From IMG/VR virus record IMGVR_UViG_3300034105_002232: 64,000 nt of DNA; one strand, written 5' to 3'. The notes beneath the pieces are model-generated. The model did not search any database, was not told the origin of the DNA, and saw only the letters and a program-made list of their open reading frames with translations. Position 1 is the first letter of the stretch, and every line of letters begins with the position of its first letter. Of the stretch, positions 30,217-39,497 are shown piece after piece. Made by a program: the position numbers and the translations under genes. The DNA is from a virus.

Positions 30217-33200
30217 GTTTGATGTTTTTTATTTTGGGCCTAAGCCTGGTAGATTTGCGCACGAACAACCTGCTACAAGTTTAGAGGATGCTGCTGACAA
30301 GAGCCGCACTGGACTCTACTGGTATATTTATGGAGGCAACGATTACTCAAATTTTGATTTTAATTTTGTGCCAGCGCCCTGGGAAGCAAACCAAACACAT
30401 GTATGGGCCAATCAATGGCAACCCAATGGCGAAGTGTATTTGGCCAATAAACACAATACACAATTGGTTTACAATTACAGAACAGAATACCCAGTACATC
30501 GACTGCCAATAATAGACTGTTATTCTATCCCTGAACATGTTGATAGAAACAGTATTGACTGGCGCTGGTGCCCAGATCCAGCATCGCCCCCATACATTTA
30601 TGTATTTGGTAATCAATGGAATTTAGCGGTGCGTGAGCCAACTGTAACATACACAGTGCCTGGCGCTACACAATATAAATTTGTAGAAGATAGGCCTGTA
30701 CAAGTGTTGCCAGTAATGGATCAGTGGAACATATTAGATGATATAGAATATTTTGATTTTTCCTGGCGTCCCAATCCTACAGATCCTCCTTATCGCTATG
30801 TGTTTGGCAATCAATGGTTGGCACCAGAATTGAGACCTGCACTGGAGTACGTGGTTGGTAACGCCACAGAAACAAAGTACATGGACTACCCCAAGGCTAC
30901 TAGAATCAGTCAGCCTAACAAGTTTACAATTGTGCATGCAGCCAGCTTTGACTTTAGCTGGGAACCAGATCCTGGTGATCCACCTTACGTCTATGTGTTT
31001 GGTAATCAGTGGTATCCTGCAGAGGTTATGCCTACAGTAGAATATGCAGTTGCAGGCGCAACTGAACGCAAGTTCCTGGATTATCCCAGAGCACAATTGC
31101 CAGAACGACATAATAACCATTGGCACACATTGATAGACTGTGAATGGGATTACAGTTGGGTTCCAGATCCTGGTGATCCACCTTACATCTATGTGTTTGG
31201 TAATCAGTGGCACGCTGCAGAAATCATGCCCACAGTAGAATACCATGTGCTGGGTGCAGTTGAACGCAAGTACCTGGAATATCCCAAGGCTGCATTGTTG
31301 TCAATGCCGGAACGGTGGTGTGTGCCTGAAGAAATTAATGTAGACAACATTGACTTTACCTGGCATCCGCATCCAGCTGATTGTTTTGTACATCACTTTG
31401 GCAGTCAATATCAAAAGAGCACTGGACTAACATATACCACTCCTGGTGCAACAGAAATTAAACTGGAATACGAATTACCAATCAAGCAGAAAGGCCAAAG
31501 TACAATTGTCGTGCTAGATATCTTTTTTGTTGATAAGGGTAACTCATTATCTGCAGTACGGTTTGAACAACTACAACAACGTTTTCCTGCTGCACAAAAG
31601 ATCAGATACGCCAACAGCATGTTAGAAACTGTGCGTCGTTGTGTTACTAGAACCAGCACAAACAAATTCTGGGTTATTAGCAGCGAAAATGTTTACAGTG
31701 AGTTTGATTTTGCATGGCATGCCGAGCCGTGGCAAAGCTACATGACGCACATATTTGGCAGCCAATGGCAAAAATGGTCTGACACATATCTTGTCAACAA
31801 ATGGGAGTTTGAAAGACATGCTAAATGGGCTACGTCTCTAGAACAGTTTCCTAGTTTGAACTTTGTTAACAATCAAACTGTACACAGACCCGATGATCTA
31901 CATGACATCTACTATGTTGATCATAACAATGCCAACCATCAATTGGCCTGGATGCAGCAACGGCATCCTGATATTAAAGTTACTCGCTTTGTTGATAATT
32001 ATTTAGACACGTTCAAACGTGTAATGACGACGGCTACAACTGAATACGTTTGGATTACCAGCAGCATTTGCAATTACACCAAATTTGATTTTTCCTGGCA
32101 ACCCGAACCGTGGCAAAAGGAAATGATTCACGTGTTTGGCAGCAGCAGCCAACGTCGCGGAGATACTTTTTATATACATGTGGAATCGTTTAAGACACAG
32201 ATGTATGAATTAGAAATGCTGGATTGGTTTAATGTGATCAACTATTGCCAAGAACAATTGGTAGATCGACTGCCTGCTCCTGTGGTACAATTTGCCCAAG
32301 ACAGCATTGTGCCTGCAGTACAAGCATATCAGTTTGATTTTCCATACGCAGTGTTTACCAATCAAAGCACAGCACCGTCAAACGCCCAGGATCTTTGTTT
32401 GTGGCATGCAAAAGACCGTGTAGCTGAGGCAATTACACGCAACGGGGCTACTACGATAGTGCCTAGAGAAATCAAGGCACATTTGCGTACACAATTATAT
32501 GATTACCCTTATGTAAACCGCAAAAATCCTCATTATGTGACTGAAAATCCCCTGGATACTATCTTCATTAGTAATGGTGAGCCCAATGAAGAACTAATGT
32601 TCCATCACACCAAATACATGGCCAATAGTAATGTAAAATGGATACGTGGAGTCAATGGTCGTACGGCAGCGTATCAAGCGGCAGCTCGTGCAAGTACCAC
32701 GCCCTGGTTTTTTGCTGTATTTGCCAAACTAGAAGTAATGGGAGGAAGTTTCCCTTGGTATACATGGCAACCAGATTATTGGCAAGAGCCCAAACATTAT
32801 ATCTTTAATGCACAGAATCCTGTTAACGGATTAGAGTACGGACACCAAGGCATGATTGCGTATAACAAGAATCTAGTATTAGCAAATAACAATCCTGGTA
32901 TTGATTTTACTCTAAGTCAGCCACACGAAAGTGTGCCTGTACTAAGTGGTATAGCACGATTCAATCAAGACCCTTGGATGACCTGGCGTACAGCATTCCG
33001 TGAAGTTGTTAAACTAAAACACTTTATGGCCACGCAACCTACGTTAGAAACTGAACATAGATTAACCACTTGGTTAACTGTGGCACATGGTGATCATGCG
33101 GAATGGTGTTTGCGTGGTGCAGCTGACGCTGTTGCTTACTATGAGGAGGTGGGTGGTGATTACAATCTGCTGATGCTGAGTTTTGATTGGGCTTGGTTAC

Positions 33201-33232
33201 AAATCAAATTTATTCAGTATAGTAATTCTTGA
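30215..33232 (+). CDS. 1005-aa multi-module protein: four degenerate GT-A-like modules plus about 66-aa W-P-rich repeats
   Basis: Repeats W.PDP.DPPY.YVFGNQW; C-terminal module paralogous to the 13851 ORF (DTIFISNGEP, GVNGRTAAYQAAA, NPVNGLEYG, TWRTAFREVVK) but lacking DxD. Confidence 0.7.
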   Translation: MFDVFYFGPKPGRFAHEQPATSLEDAADKSRTGLYWYIYGGNDYSNFDFNFVPAPWEANQTHVWANQWQPNGEVYLANKHNTQLVYNYRTEYPVHRLPIIDCYSIPEHVDRNSIDWRWCPDPASPPYIYVFGNQWNLAVREPTVTYTVPGATQYKFVEDRPVQVLPVMDQWNILDDIEYFDFSWRPNPTDPPYRYVFGNQWLAPELRPALEYVVGNATETKYMDYPKATRISQPNKFTIVHAASFDFSWEPDPGDPPYVYVFGNQWYPAEVMPTVEYAVAGATERKFLDYPRAQLPERHNNHWHTLIDCEWDYSWVPDPGDPPYIYVFGNQWHAAEIMPTVEYHVLGAVERKYLEYPKAALLSMPERWCVPEEINVDNIDFTWHPHPADCFVHHFGSQYQKSTGLTYTTPGATEIKLEYELPIKQKGQSTIVVLDIFFVDKGNSLSAVRFEQLQQRFPAAQKIRYANSMLETVRRCVTRTSTNKFWVISSENVYSEFDFAWHAEPWQSYMTHIFGSQWQKWSDTYLVNKWEFERHAKWATSLEQFPSLNFVNNQTVHRPDDLHDIYYVDHNNANHQLAWMQQRHPDIKVTRFVDNYLDTFKRVMTTATTEYVWITSSICNYTKFDFSWQPEPWQKEMIHVFGSSSQRRGDTFYIHVESFKTQMYELEMLDWFNVINYCQEQLVDRLPAPVVQFAQDSIVPAVQAYQFDFPYAVFTNQSTAPSNAQDLCLWHAKDRVAEAITRNGATTIVPREIKAHLRTQLYDYPYVNRKNPHYVTENPLDTIFISNGEPNEELMFHHTKYMANSNVKWIRGVNGRTAAYQAAARASTTPWFFAVFAKLEVMGGSFPWYTWQPDYWQEPKHYIFNAQNPVNGLEYGHQGMIAYNKNLVLANNNPGIDFTLSQPHESVPVLSGIARFNQDPWMTWRTAFREVVKLKHFMATQPTLETEHRLTTWLTVAHGDHAEWCLRGAADAVAYYEEVGGDYNLLMLSFDWAWLQIKFIQYSNS
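30555..31460 (+). repeat. Tandem about 198-bp (66-aa) coding repeats, 4 clear copies plus 1 degenerate
   Basis: CCAGATCCTGGTGATCCACCTTAC.TCTATGTGTTTGGTAATCAGTGG recurs at 30965 and 31163 (198-nt period); weaker copies near 30572 and 30770. Confidence 0.85.
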
Positions 33233-34328
33233 TGACTGCAACTACAGTTTCTACTTCAGCATCAGACAGTTCAGGATAGATAGGCAAACTCAGGCACTCT
33301 TTGGTAAACGAGTTGGTTTCTGTGTACACATCCTTGGTGTAGTCAATATAACTGGCTCCAACTCCTAGATCGTACAACGCATAATCATAGTGTATTTTGC
33401 TTTCAATGCCATGCCAACTTAATTTTGCTTGTAAGGCTGTTCGATCATGTGTGCGAATTACAAATTTATGCCAGGCATGAACCACATCCTTGTTTGGGGT
33501 TAATGTATCCACGTACTGATACAACTCTTGCATGTAGTATTCGGCGATCTTGGTTCTGCGCCGCTGCCACGAATCAAAGTGATTGAGTTTGACCAACATC
33601 TGAGCTGAATCAGACTCACTCATTTTGCTGTTGGTTCCTGGGGTGTCGTTGTGATAAAGATAGGTTACAGGTCTACCGTTGTCGCGCAGACCTTTTACTG
33701 TGTTGACAATGTGCAGATCATCTGTCAAAATCATTCCTCCTGACCCATAGTTGCCCAAGTTCTTGGTTGGATCAAAACTCAACACGCTGATGTCACCCAT
33801 CTTGCCACTGGGTATGCCTCGGTAACTGGCACCAAAACTTTGTGCTGCGTCTTCGATGATCACAAGATCATCATTAAAGAATCTAGTTTGTATTTGGAAC
33901 CGATCCCAATCTACACAGTTTCCAAACAAGTTCACGTACATAACAGCACCAACAGTGCGATCAAGCTTGTGTTGGCATGAATCTAAATCCATCAGACCAT
34001 TGTGATCTACGTCACAGAACACAGGAGTAAATTTGTTCATGAGTACACTGTTGATAGTGGCTACAAAACTCACTGTGGGTATTAGTACAGAATATGGAGG
34101 TCTGGCCAGACTGGCCAATTGTGCAAAGATTAATGCTTGGGTACCCGAGTTGACTGCAACAGCAAAAGCTCTATTACATCTGGCAGCAATTGCCTGTTCA
34201 AAATGTTTGGTATACTCTCCATCTAGTACTCGACCTGTGCTGTACACTCGATCTGACGCATCAAGTATTTCGTCTCTTAGGTTTGCATATTGCCGGTCAA
34301 GTCCAAAAAAAGAGATTACAGAGTTCAT
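33210..34328 (-). CDS. DegT/DnrJ/EryC1/StrS PLP-dependent sugar aminotransferase
   Basis: VNSGTQAL, IIEDAAQSFG, SFDPTKNLGNYGSGG, GTNSKM, LSLPIYP; likely start ATG 34328. Confidence 0.93.
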   Translation of the reverse strand: MNSVISFFGLDRQYANLRDEILDASDRVYSTGRVLDGEYTKHFEQAIAARCNRAFAVAVNSGTQALIFAQLASLARPPYSVLIPTVSFVATINSVLMNKFTPVFCDVDHNGLMDLDSCQHKLDRTVGAVMYVNLFGNCVDWDRFQIQTRFFNDDLVIIEDAAQSFGASYRGIPSGKMGDISVLSFDPTKNLGNYGSGGMILTDDLHIVNTVKGLRDNGRPVTYLYHNDTPGTNSKMSESDSAQMLVKLNHFDSWQRRRTKIAEYYMQELYQYVDTLTPNKDVVHAWHKFVIRTHDRTALQAKLSWHGIESKIHYDYALYDLGVGASYIDYTKDVYTETNSFTKECLSLPIYPELSDAEVETVVAVIKNYYTE

Positions 34329-34329
34329 T

Positions 34330-34992
34330 TTATTCAATTTCGTTCTTGGCAGATGACTCACTCCAATAATTCTGATACTGTATAAATTTATCAGGTTGGC
34401 TACTATTTAAATAGTCATCAAGAGAAAAACTTCTCTTCCAATTAAATAATCTATTCCTATATTCAAAATCTACTAATTTAGAAAGTTTTAATAAATCCGT
34501 CTCGCTTGTCCATAACTTTTGCGATATAATATTATCATTAATTAGGAATAGGAATTCTTGGTCAATTGGTATGTTATGTATCCTTAGATAAAATTCCTCA
34601 ATAAATTTAAGATCCGACAATAAAGAGAAATCTATGCAATAATTGTAGCTAGTAGTGTCTATTTCTGCAGATTGGTCAGACATGATAAAATTTTTTATAA
34701 ACAAAAAGAACTGATCTAAAAAAGAAGTTTCTAAGACTATAGTATTTTTTAAATAATGATTATATGCAATTTGCATTATATTATTAATATTATAATTACA
34801 ATTAATTCTAATTCGTATATAATTACTGTAATTGTTGTTAATTACAGATTGATCATTGATATGGTGTATTTTAACATAATTTGGAGGATTAAGTGCTCCA
34901 AATTCTCTTGGTCGCCAATTATCTTTTAATACCGAAGACAAAAAATCGCCGCGAGCACCTGGTGCAAAATGTATTAGAAGCTTAACATCCAT
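34330..34992 (-). CDS. Hypothetical AT-rich protein (possible sulfotransferase-like)
   Basis: LIHFAPGARGDFLSSVL; visibly very AT-rich insert. Confidence 0.5.
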   Translation of the reverse strand: MDVKLLIHFAPGARGDFLSSVLKDNWRPREFGALNPPNYVKIHHINDQSVINNNYSNYIRIRINCNYNINNIMQIAYNHYLKNTIVLETSFLDQFFLFIKNFIMSDQSAEIDTTSYNYCIDFSLLSDLKFIEEFYLRIHNIPIDQEFLFLINDNIISQKLWTSETDLLKLSKLVDFEYRNRLFNWKRSFSLDDYLNSSQPDKFIQYQNYWSESSAKNEIE

Positions 34993-35960
34993 TATAATTT
35001 ATTTTGCCAATAAGACGATGATTTAAACCATTCGTAATAACGCCGAAAGCCTTCCTCAACATCAACTGTAGGAGCATAACCGAAGTCTTCTACAGCACTA
35101 GAAATATTTAATCGACCACGTTTGGGAAATGCAAGGTCTCTATCCTGCACTTCAATACTGCCTCGACCGGCAATCTTGATAGCAAGTTCAGCAGCATCTT
35201 TTAATGTATATTGTTGTTTGGCACTGCGTGTGATGTTGTAGATTTTATTATTTGCTTTTTTACTCAAGGTAGCTTGAGCGATTCCCATTGCAGCATCTTC
35301 TACATAAGTGAAGTCTAGTACTTCACTGGCACCTTTAACTCTGAGTGTTTCTCCACGCATGGCACCAAGCATGAACTTGCTTACCACACGATCCTCAACG
35401 TCGTATTCACCATACACAGCACTGGGACGAATAATTATATATTCGAATCCATGTTGCCGAGCATAATCTTCCACCAGCTTCTCGCCCATGTATTTCATTA
35501 TGCCGTACTGTCCAACTGGATTACATACAGCATCTTCGGTTACGTCAGAATCAAAGTTGCCGTACACCATGCTGCTGCTGATATACACAAACTTTTTTAC
35601 TTTGTGTATTACCGCTGCTTCGAGCAAGTTGATCAGACCAGTTACCATGGTCTGACTGGCAGTAACAGGGTCCTGTTGCACAACCTTTTGTCTCGGAAAA
35701 CTGGCAAGATGCACAATGGTTTTAATATTGAAAGTACCAACGAAAGAATTAATTTGTTGGGTGTTTCGGATATCAGTCACATGTGGAATAATATTCATAC
35801 GCTTGCTGCGCTCATTGAACAAATATTCTTGTTCGGCTTGCGGTACAAACCCGTAATTGGTTCTACTGTCAATACCAAAGCATTCATGACCTGCTTGTTC
35901 AAGAAAACGGACAACATTGTGCCCAATAAAACCAGCAGCCCCGGTTACAAGTATTTTCAT
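34992..35960 (-). CDS. NAD-dependent nucleotide-sugar epimerase/dehydratase
   Basis: ILVTGAAGFIG, VHLAS, YISSSMVYG, YGIMK (YxxxK), DFTYVED. Confidence 0.93.
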   Translation of the reverse strand: MKILVTGAAGFIGHNVVRFLEQAGHECFGIDSRTNYGFVPQAEQEYLFNERSKRMNIIPHVTDIRNTQQINSFVGTFNIKTIVHLASFPRQKVVQQDPVTASQTMVTGLINLLEAAVIHKVKKFVYISSSMVYGNFDSDVTEDAVCNPVGQYGIMKYMGEKLVEDYARQHGFEYIIIRPSAVYGEYDVEDRVVSKFMLGAMRGETLRVKGASEVLDFTYVEDAAMGIAQATLSKKANNKIYNITRSAKQQYTLKDAAELAIKIAGRGSIEVQDRDLAFPKRGRLNISSAVEDFGYAPTVDVEEGFRRYYEWFKSSSYWQNKL

Positions 35961-35991
35961 TTATAGTCTTCTTAGTCTGAAGTAATTGGTA

Positions 35992-36906
35992 TTACACAGC
36001 CATCTTGGCCAGGATTGGTGGATGACTTTCGTACCCGTCTAATCTAATATCTGCCATGGTAAATTTGGTAATATCTTTTACATCGGGGTTAAGCCATAGT
36101 CGTGCAAGCGGGTAAGGGTCACGCTTCAATTGTTCTTTTACCTGCTCGACATGGTCCAAATATATATGTGCATCGCCGAGTACGTGAACAAACTCGCCTA
36201 CCTGAAGGTCACACACATGAGCAATCATGTGTGTTAACAAACTATAGCTTGCTATGTTAAAGGGTACACCCAAGAACATATCGCAAGAACGTTGATACAT
36301 TTGGCACGACAACTTTCCATCTGCTACATAAAACTGTGCAAAGCAATGACACGGCGGTAAAGCCATTTGATCTAGCTCGCCAGGATTCCACGCAGTTAAA
36401 ATATGGCGGCGACCGTTGGGGTCTGTGCGGATACCTTCAATCAACTTGGTCAGCTGATCAACTTCCTGTACTTGAATGTGATTATCAACTCTTCTATAGG
36501 TACTACCAAAGCTGTCTTTGAATGTACCATCAGGCTCGCGTTCCTTGATACTTCGCCAGTGACGCCATTGCACTCCATACACACGGCCCAAGTCACCGTT
36601 GTACTTGGCTTTGGGCTTCCAGTAACTGGATAAAGCATTTGGAGTCCAGATAGTCACAGTACCATCTTTGGTCCCATGCGTGATTTCTGCCAGTCTACGT
36701 TCATCACCTGACCCTTCAATCATCCAAAGTAGTTCGCCTACTACAGCACGCCAGGCCAGTTTCTTGGTAGTAACTGCGGGGAAGCCTCGGGATAAGTCGT
36801 ACCTTTGTTGCATGCCAAATACACCAATGGTACCCACACCCGTGCGATCATCCCTACGAGTTCCTGTTTCAAGCACTTCGTTGAGAGCATTAAGATATGT
36901 TTTCAT
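35992..36906 (-). CDS. thyA: Thymidylate synthase
   Basis: DRTGVGT, FPAVTTKK, ELLW, YGVQWR, AWNP, LPPCH, YQRSCDMFLGVPFNIASY, GDAHIY. Confidence 0.97.
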   Translation of the reverse strand: MKTYLNALNEVLETGTRRDDRTGVGTIGVFGMQQRYDLSRGFPAVTTKKLAWRAVVGELLWMIEGSGDERRLAEITHGTKDGTVTIWTPNALSSYWKPKAKYNGDLGRVYGVQWRHWRSIKEREPDGTFKDSFGSTYRRVDNHIQVQEVDQLTKLIEGIRTDPNGRRHILTAWNPGELDQMALPPCHCFAQFYVADGKLSCQMYQRSCDMFLGVPFNIASYSLLTHMIAHVCDLQVGEFVHVLGDAHIYLDHVEQVKEQLKRDPYPLARLWLNPDVKDITKFTMADIRLDGYESHPPILAKMAV

Positions 36907-37415
36907 TACAGAGGTCTGAATATGTCTATATTTTTGTATATACTAAAGTTTAACATTTTATCTGTACTAGGTCTACTACTTGTTATCCGCATGCCGGTCA
37001 TAAAGGCACGCAGGTCTATACGGACTTCTGAGTATGCAGCACCTTTACGATGTGTGACATACGCATAGTCAATCAAATCTTTGCAGTCCATGATAAGATC
37101 TGGACCGCCCAGTATAAAGATATTCCGGTCCGGAAACAGAACTTGTAGTTCTTTTATTTTTGCTTTGTAATCACCTGATAGCCTACGTACACTGGGGTAT
37201 CCTGTAACAGGCTTGCTGCTAACTACACAGTTGATCCGATTAGGCAATGGTTTTTTCATTTTGGGATCATCCCAAGTCTTGCGGCCCATGACTACAATTT
37301 GGTTTGCGGTATGTTCCTTGAACCATGCCATGTCTTCAGCATCCATGGGCCAGGGCAGTGTTCCACGATTACCAAATGTTCCCATTTGGTCTGTGGCAAA
37401 TATAGTACAAATCAT
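36906..37415 (-). CDS. folA: Dihydrofolate reductase
   Basis: GNRGTLPW...EDMAWFK..T..VVMGRKTW, PLPNRIN.V, ILGG; adjacent to thyA. Confidence 0.93.
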   Translation of the reverse strand: MICTIFATDQMGTFGNRGTLPWPMDAEDMAWFKEHTANQIVVMGRKTWDDPKMKKPLPNRINCVVSSKPVTGYPSVRRLSGDYKAKIKELQVLFPDRNIFILGGPDLIMDCKDLIDYAYVTHRKGAAYSEVRIDLRAFMTGMRITSSRPSTDKMLNFSIYKNIDIFRPL

Positions 37416-37420
37416 TTTTG

Positions 37421-37765
37421 TTATAGGTTTTTTAGTAGTTCGTCTGTGGCAGGTTGCACCACCCGGGCAACAGCTTTGACACTTATAAAAAAATCAATGT
37501 CATTGATGATGTTGTCTAGAGCTTGTAGTTTTGCTTTGATATCGTATTCTAGATCATCGGGATCCATGCCTTCATCTAGTAGATCTCGTATATTAATTTT
37601 TACAATAGTTCCGTCGGTGAGATTCACGTTGATACTTTCTAGCATTGTGATGGGAATTTCTTTCTTTTCTACACTCTTTAAGATAGTTTCCCATTTGGCT
37701 TTGCTAGTTAAATTAAGCCGCTTGCTTTTTGGTTGTTGCGGTTTTTTTGGTTTTTGTTCCGACAT
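37421..37765 (-). CDS. Hypothetical protein
   Basis: 114-aa ORF in the operon. Confidence 0.65.
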   Translation of the reverse strand: MSEQKPKKPQQPKSKRLNLTSKAKWETILKSVEKKEIPITMLESINVNLTDGTIVKINIRDLLDEGMDPDDLEYDIKAKLQALDNIINDIDFFISVKAVARVVQPATDELLKNL

Positions 37766-38414
37766 TTTTTGCCTTTGGATCTAGATTTAATGCTTCTGAT
37801 TTTAAACGAGCAGCTTCAGCCAGCATCTGCTGCGCACTGGCTTCCATCTTCTCAGCCTGTTCCATCCGTTGTGTAGCTAGATCAGTATCACTTAACATAC
37901 CAGTTAGCATGTCGGCTGCACTGGTATTTCCTTGAGCTTCGCGCATTTTTCTTTCGCCAAGTTCTTTAATTTCTGCACGTCGTGGTTGATTCTTGTCGGT
38001 GTTGTTTTTCTTACCGACCATGCCTCTGTTACTGTCTAGATTTTGCAGTCGATCCATGGCCTCTTGTCCCTTGGCCATTTCGTCAAGAATGTCATTGAGT
38101 TCATCCAGGCGAACTGAACTGTTTGAAGTAGGAGTAACCAACACTTGATTGGTAGGAACCTTTTTCATTAATCCGTTACGGTGCAGACTTTCCAAACAAT
38201 TGTTACCGTCGGCCATGATGGTTCTAAACAGTACTTCACTTACATCAATTGCAGCTTGTCCTTGCGGGCTCTCTACTGCTCGCATGACTTCGTCGTGTAC
38301 CATTCTGGGCAATAGGTCACTGTAAATTACTAGTGCCATATGGGTAAGCTCAGGTATTTTTCTAAATACAATAACGCATCTCTTGTCGTTGTGTTTGCCA
38401 ACATGTTTGATCAT
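37713..38414 (-). CDS. Hypothetical protein with C-terminal coiled coil and basic tail
   Basis: 233 aa; SD AAGGAG. Confidence 0.75.
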   Translation of the reverse strand: MIKHVGKHNDKRCVIVFRKIPELTHMALVIYSDLLPRMVHDEVMRAVESPQGQAAIDVSEVLFRTIMADGNNCLESLHRNGLMKKVPTNQVLVTPTSNSSVRLDELNDILDEMAKGQEAMDRLQNLDSNRGMVGKKNNTDKNQPRRAEIKELGERKMREAQGNTSAADMLTGMLSDTDLATQRMEQAEKMEASAQQMLAEAARLKSEALNLDPKAKNVGTKTKKTATTKKQAA

Positions 38415-38428
38415 ATTAATCTCCTTGA

Positions 38429-38662
38429 TTATTCGGTTGTGTGTGGGGTGTCTGATTCGGGCTGCGGCGGTGGATTAAGGGCTCCGCTTGCTTGAAGAAA
38501 CTTGGTTAGTTTCTCGTACACGTTGCCTACCGCAGACATTTCTTCTGCCTTGATAGCTCCACGCTCTGCAGTAACTCGAATAAGGTTAAGCAAAAGCACC
38601 AGGTCTGTTAGTGCCAGGCTTGGAGGAGGGGCTTCTTCGGTAATTTGGGTTGATTGTTCCAT
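38429..38662 (-). CDS. Hypothetical protein
   Basis: 77 aa; SD GGAGA; RGAIKAEEM..VG.VYEKL. Confidence 0.7.
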   Translation of the reverse strand: MEQSTQITEEAPPPSLALTDLVLLLNLIRVTAERGAIKAEEMSAVGNVYEKLTKFLQASGALNPPPQPESDTPHTTE

Positions 38663-38672
38663 GTGTTCTCCA

Positions 38673-38694
38673 TTAAATAACTATAGTTATTTAA
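38673..38694. promoter_or_regulatory. Perfect 22-bp palindrome containing TAAATA on both strands
   Basis: TTAAATAACTATAGTTATTTAA, directly upstream of the SD of the 38662 gene. Confidence 0.55.
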
Positions 38695-38718
38695 CTAAGA
38701 ACAAAACTGTGGAAATTT

Positions 38719-39003
38719 TTATCTGTGAGGTTGAATCTGGTCCAGGCACAAACTAAACATGCTGGCTTCGCCTGGAATTTCAAAGGCAGCACATGAATCC
38801 ATAACCAACGTGCCAGATTCTGATATATAGAACCAGTCACCAAACCAAAATCGTCCTTCTAAATTTTCCCAAATCCAGTCAGTAACCATCTTGTTCTGAC
38901 CACGCAAGTCAAACTGCACCTTGACAAAATGGGGCGGACATCGCGCTAATTCACGTAGTCCGTGTACAGTTAACGGATTGGCCTCTCCGTTACGTAGCGT
39001 CAA
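38719..39003 (-). CDS. Hypothetical protein
   Basis: Probable TTG start at 39003 overlapping the upstream gene end; NPL.VHGLR...PPHF...WIWENLEGRF. Confidence 0.6.
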   Translation of the reverse strand: MTLRNGEANPLTVHGLRELARCPPHFVKVQFDLRGQNKMVTDWIWENLEGRFWFGDWFYISESGTLVMDSCAAFEIPGEASMFSLCLDQIQPHR

Positions 39004-39277
39004 TTTTTTCCTCTTTGTTGTCTTCAACAATGACCATCTTATAAAGATCTGCTGTAATACTGGTATCGGGACGTTGCACACGATCAACCAACACCAATGT
39101 GGCCTGCTCTACAAAGGTACTCATCATTTCTAATTGCCCGGTGATGCTGGCAATCTCTGCTGCTCGGGCAAGGTCCTCAAGCGCATCTTCGGTCCGCAGC
39201 AGACGAGTCTGCAGATCGTTGATCAATTGTTTTATTTTTTTACTGGTCTTAATATTGTTAAAGTCAACAGGTTCCAT
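38990..39277 (-). CDS. Hypothetical coiled-coil protein
   Basis: MEPVDF... start coupled to the upstream stop. Confidence 0.6.
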   Translation of the reverse strand: MEPVDFNNIKTSKKIKQLINDLQTRLLRTEDALEDLARAAEIASITGQLEMMSTFVEQATLVLVDRVQRPDTSITADLYKMVIVEDNKEEKIDAT

Positions 39278-39495
39278 TATACGTGTTCCTTCCATTCAAA
39301 TCCAACATAGTATTCCATTAATACCTCCATTGCATTTTTATAACGGTAATTATGTTCAAGATCCTCTTGTTTATACTTAGGCAATTCCTCGGCTGATTCT
39401 AAGTTTTCAATGTCTAAACAAAGTGCTTTATAATCTTGAATCAAGATACTTTTCATGAGGCCATCTACCGCTTCGCTATTTAAATCAACTATCAT
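39277..39495 (-). CDS. Hypothetical protein
   Basis: MIVDLNSE... start just after the VWA gene stop. Confidence 0.6.
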   Translation of the reverse strand: MIVDLNSEAVDGLMKSILIQDYKALCLDIENLESAEELPKYKQEDLEHNYRYKNAMEVLMEYYVGFEWKEHV

Positions 39496-39497
39496 GA

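Noticed and set aside
30555-31460. Repeats as a CRISPR array or DGR template/variable pair
   Set aside because: The repeats are in-frame coding units with similar intervening sequence and mismatches not restricted to adenines; no cas or reverse transcriptase gene is in the window.
1-36000. Bacterial O-antigen/capsule locus or eukaryotic giant virus origin
   Set aside because: No flippase, polymerase or export genes are present. Tail fibres with phage chaperones, a T4-like RNase H, SD motifs and sigma70 promoters indicate a bacteriophage.
35992-36906. thyA as a dCMP/dUMP hydroxymethylase, or as intron/intein-containing
   Set aside because: It retains the dUMP-specifying Asn (GVPFN) and lies next to folA. 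The ORF is continuous, and its insertion of about 25 aa has no intein features.
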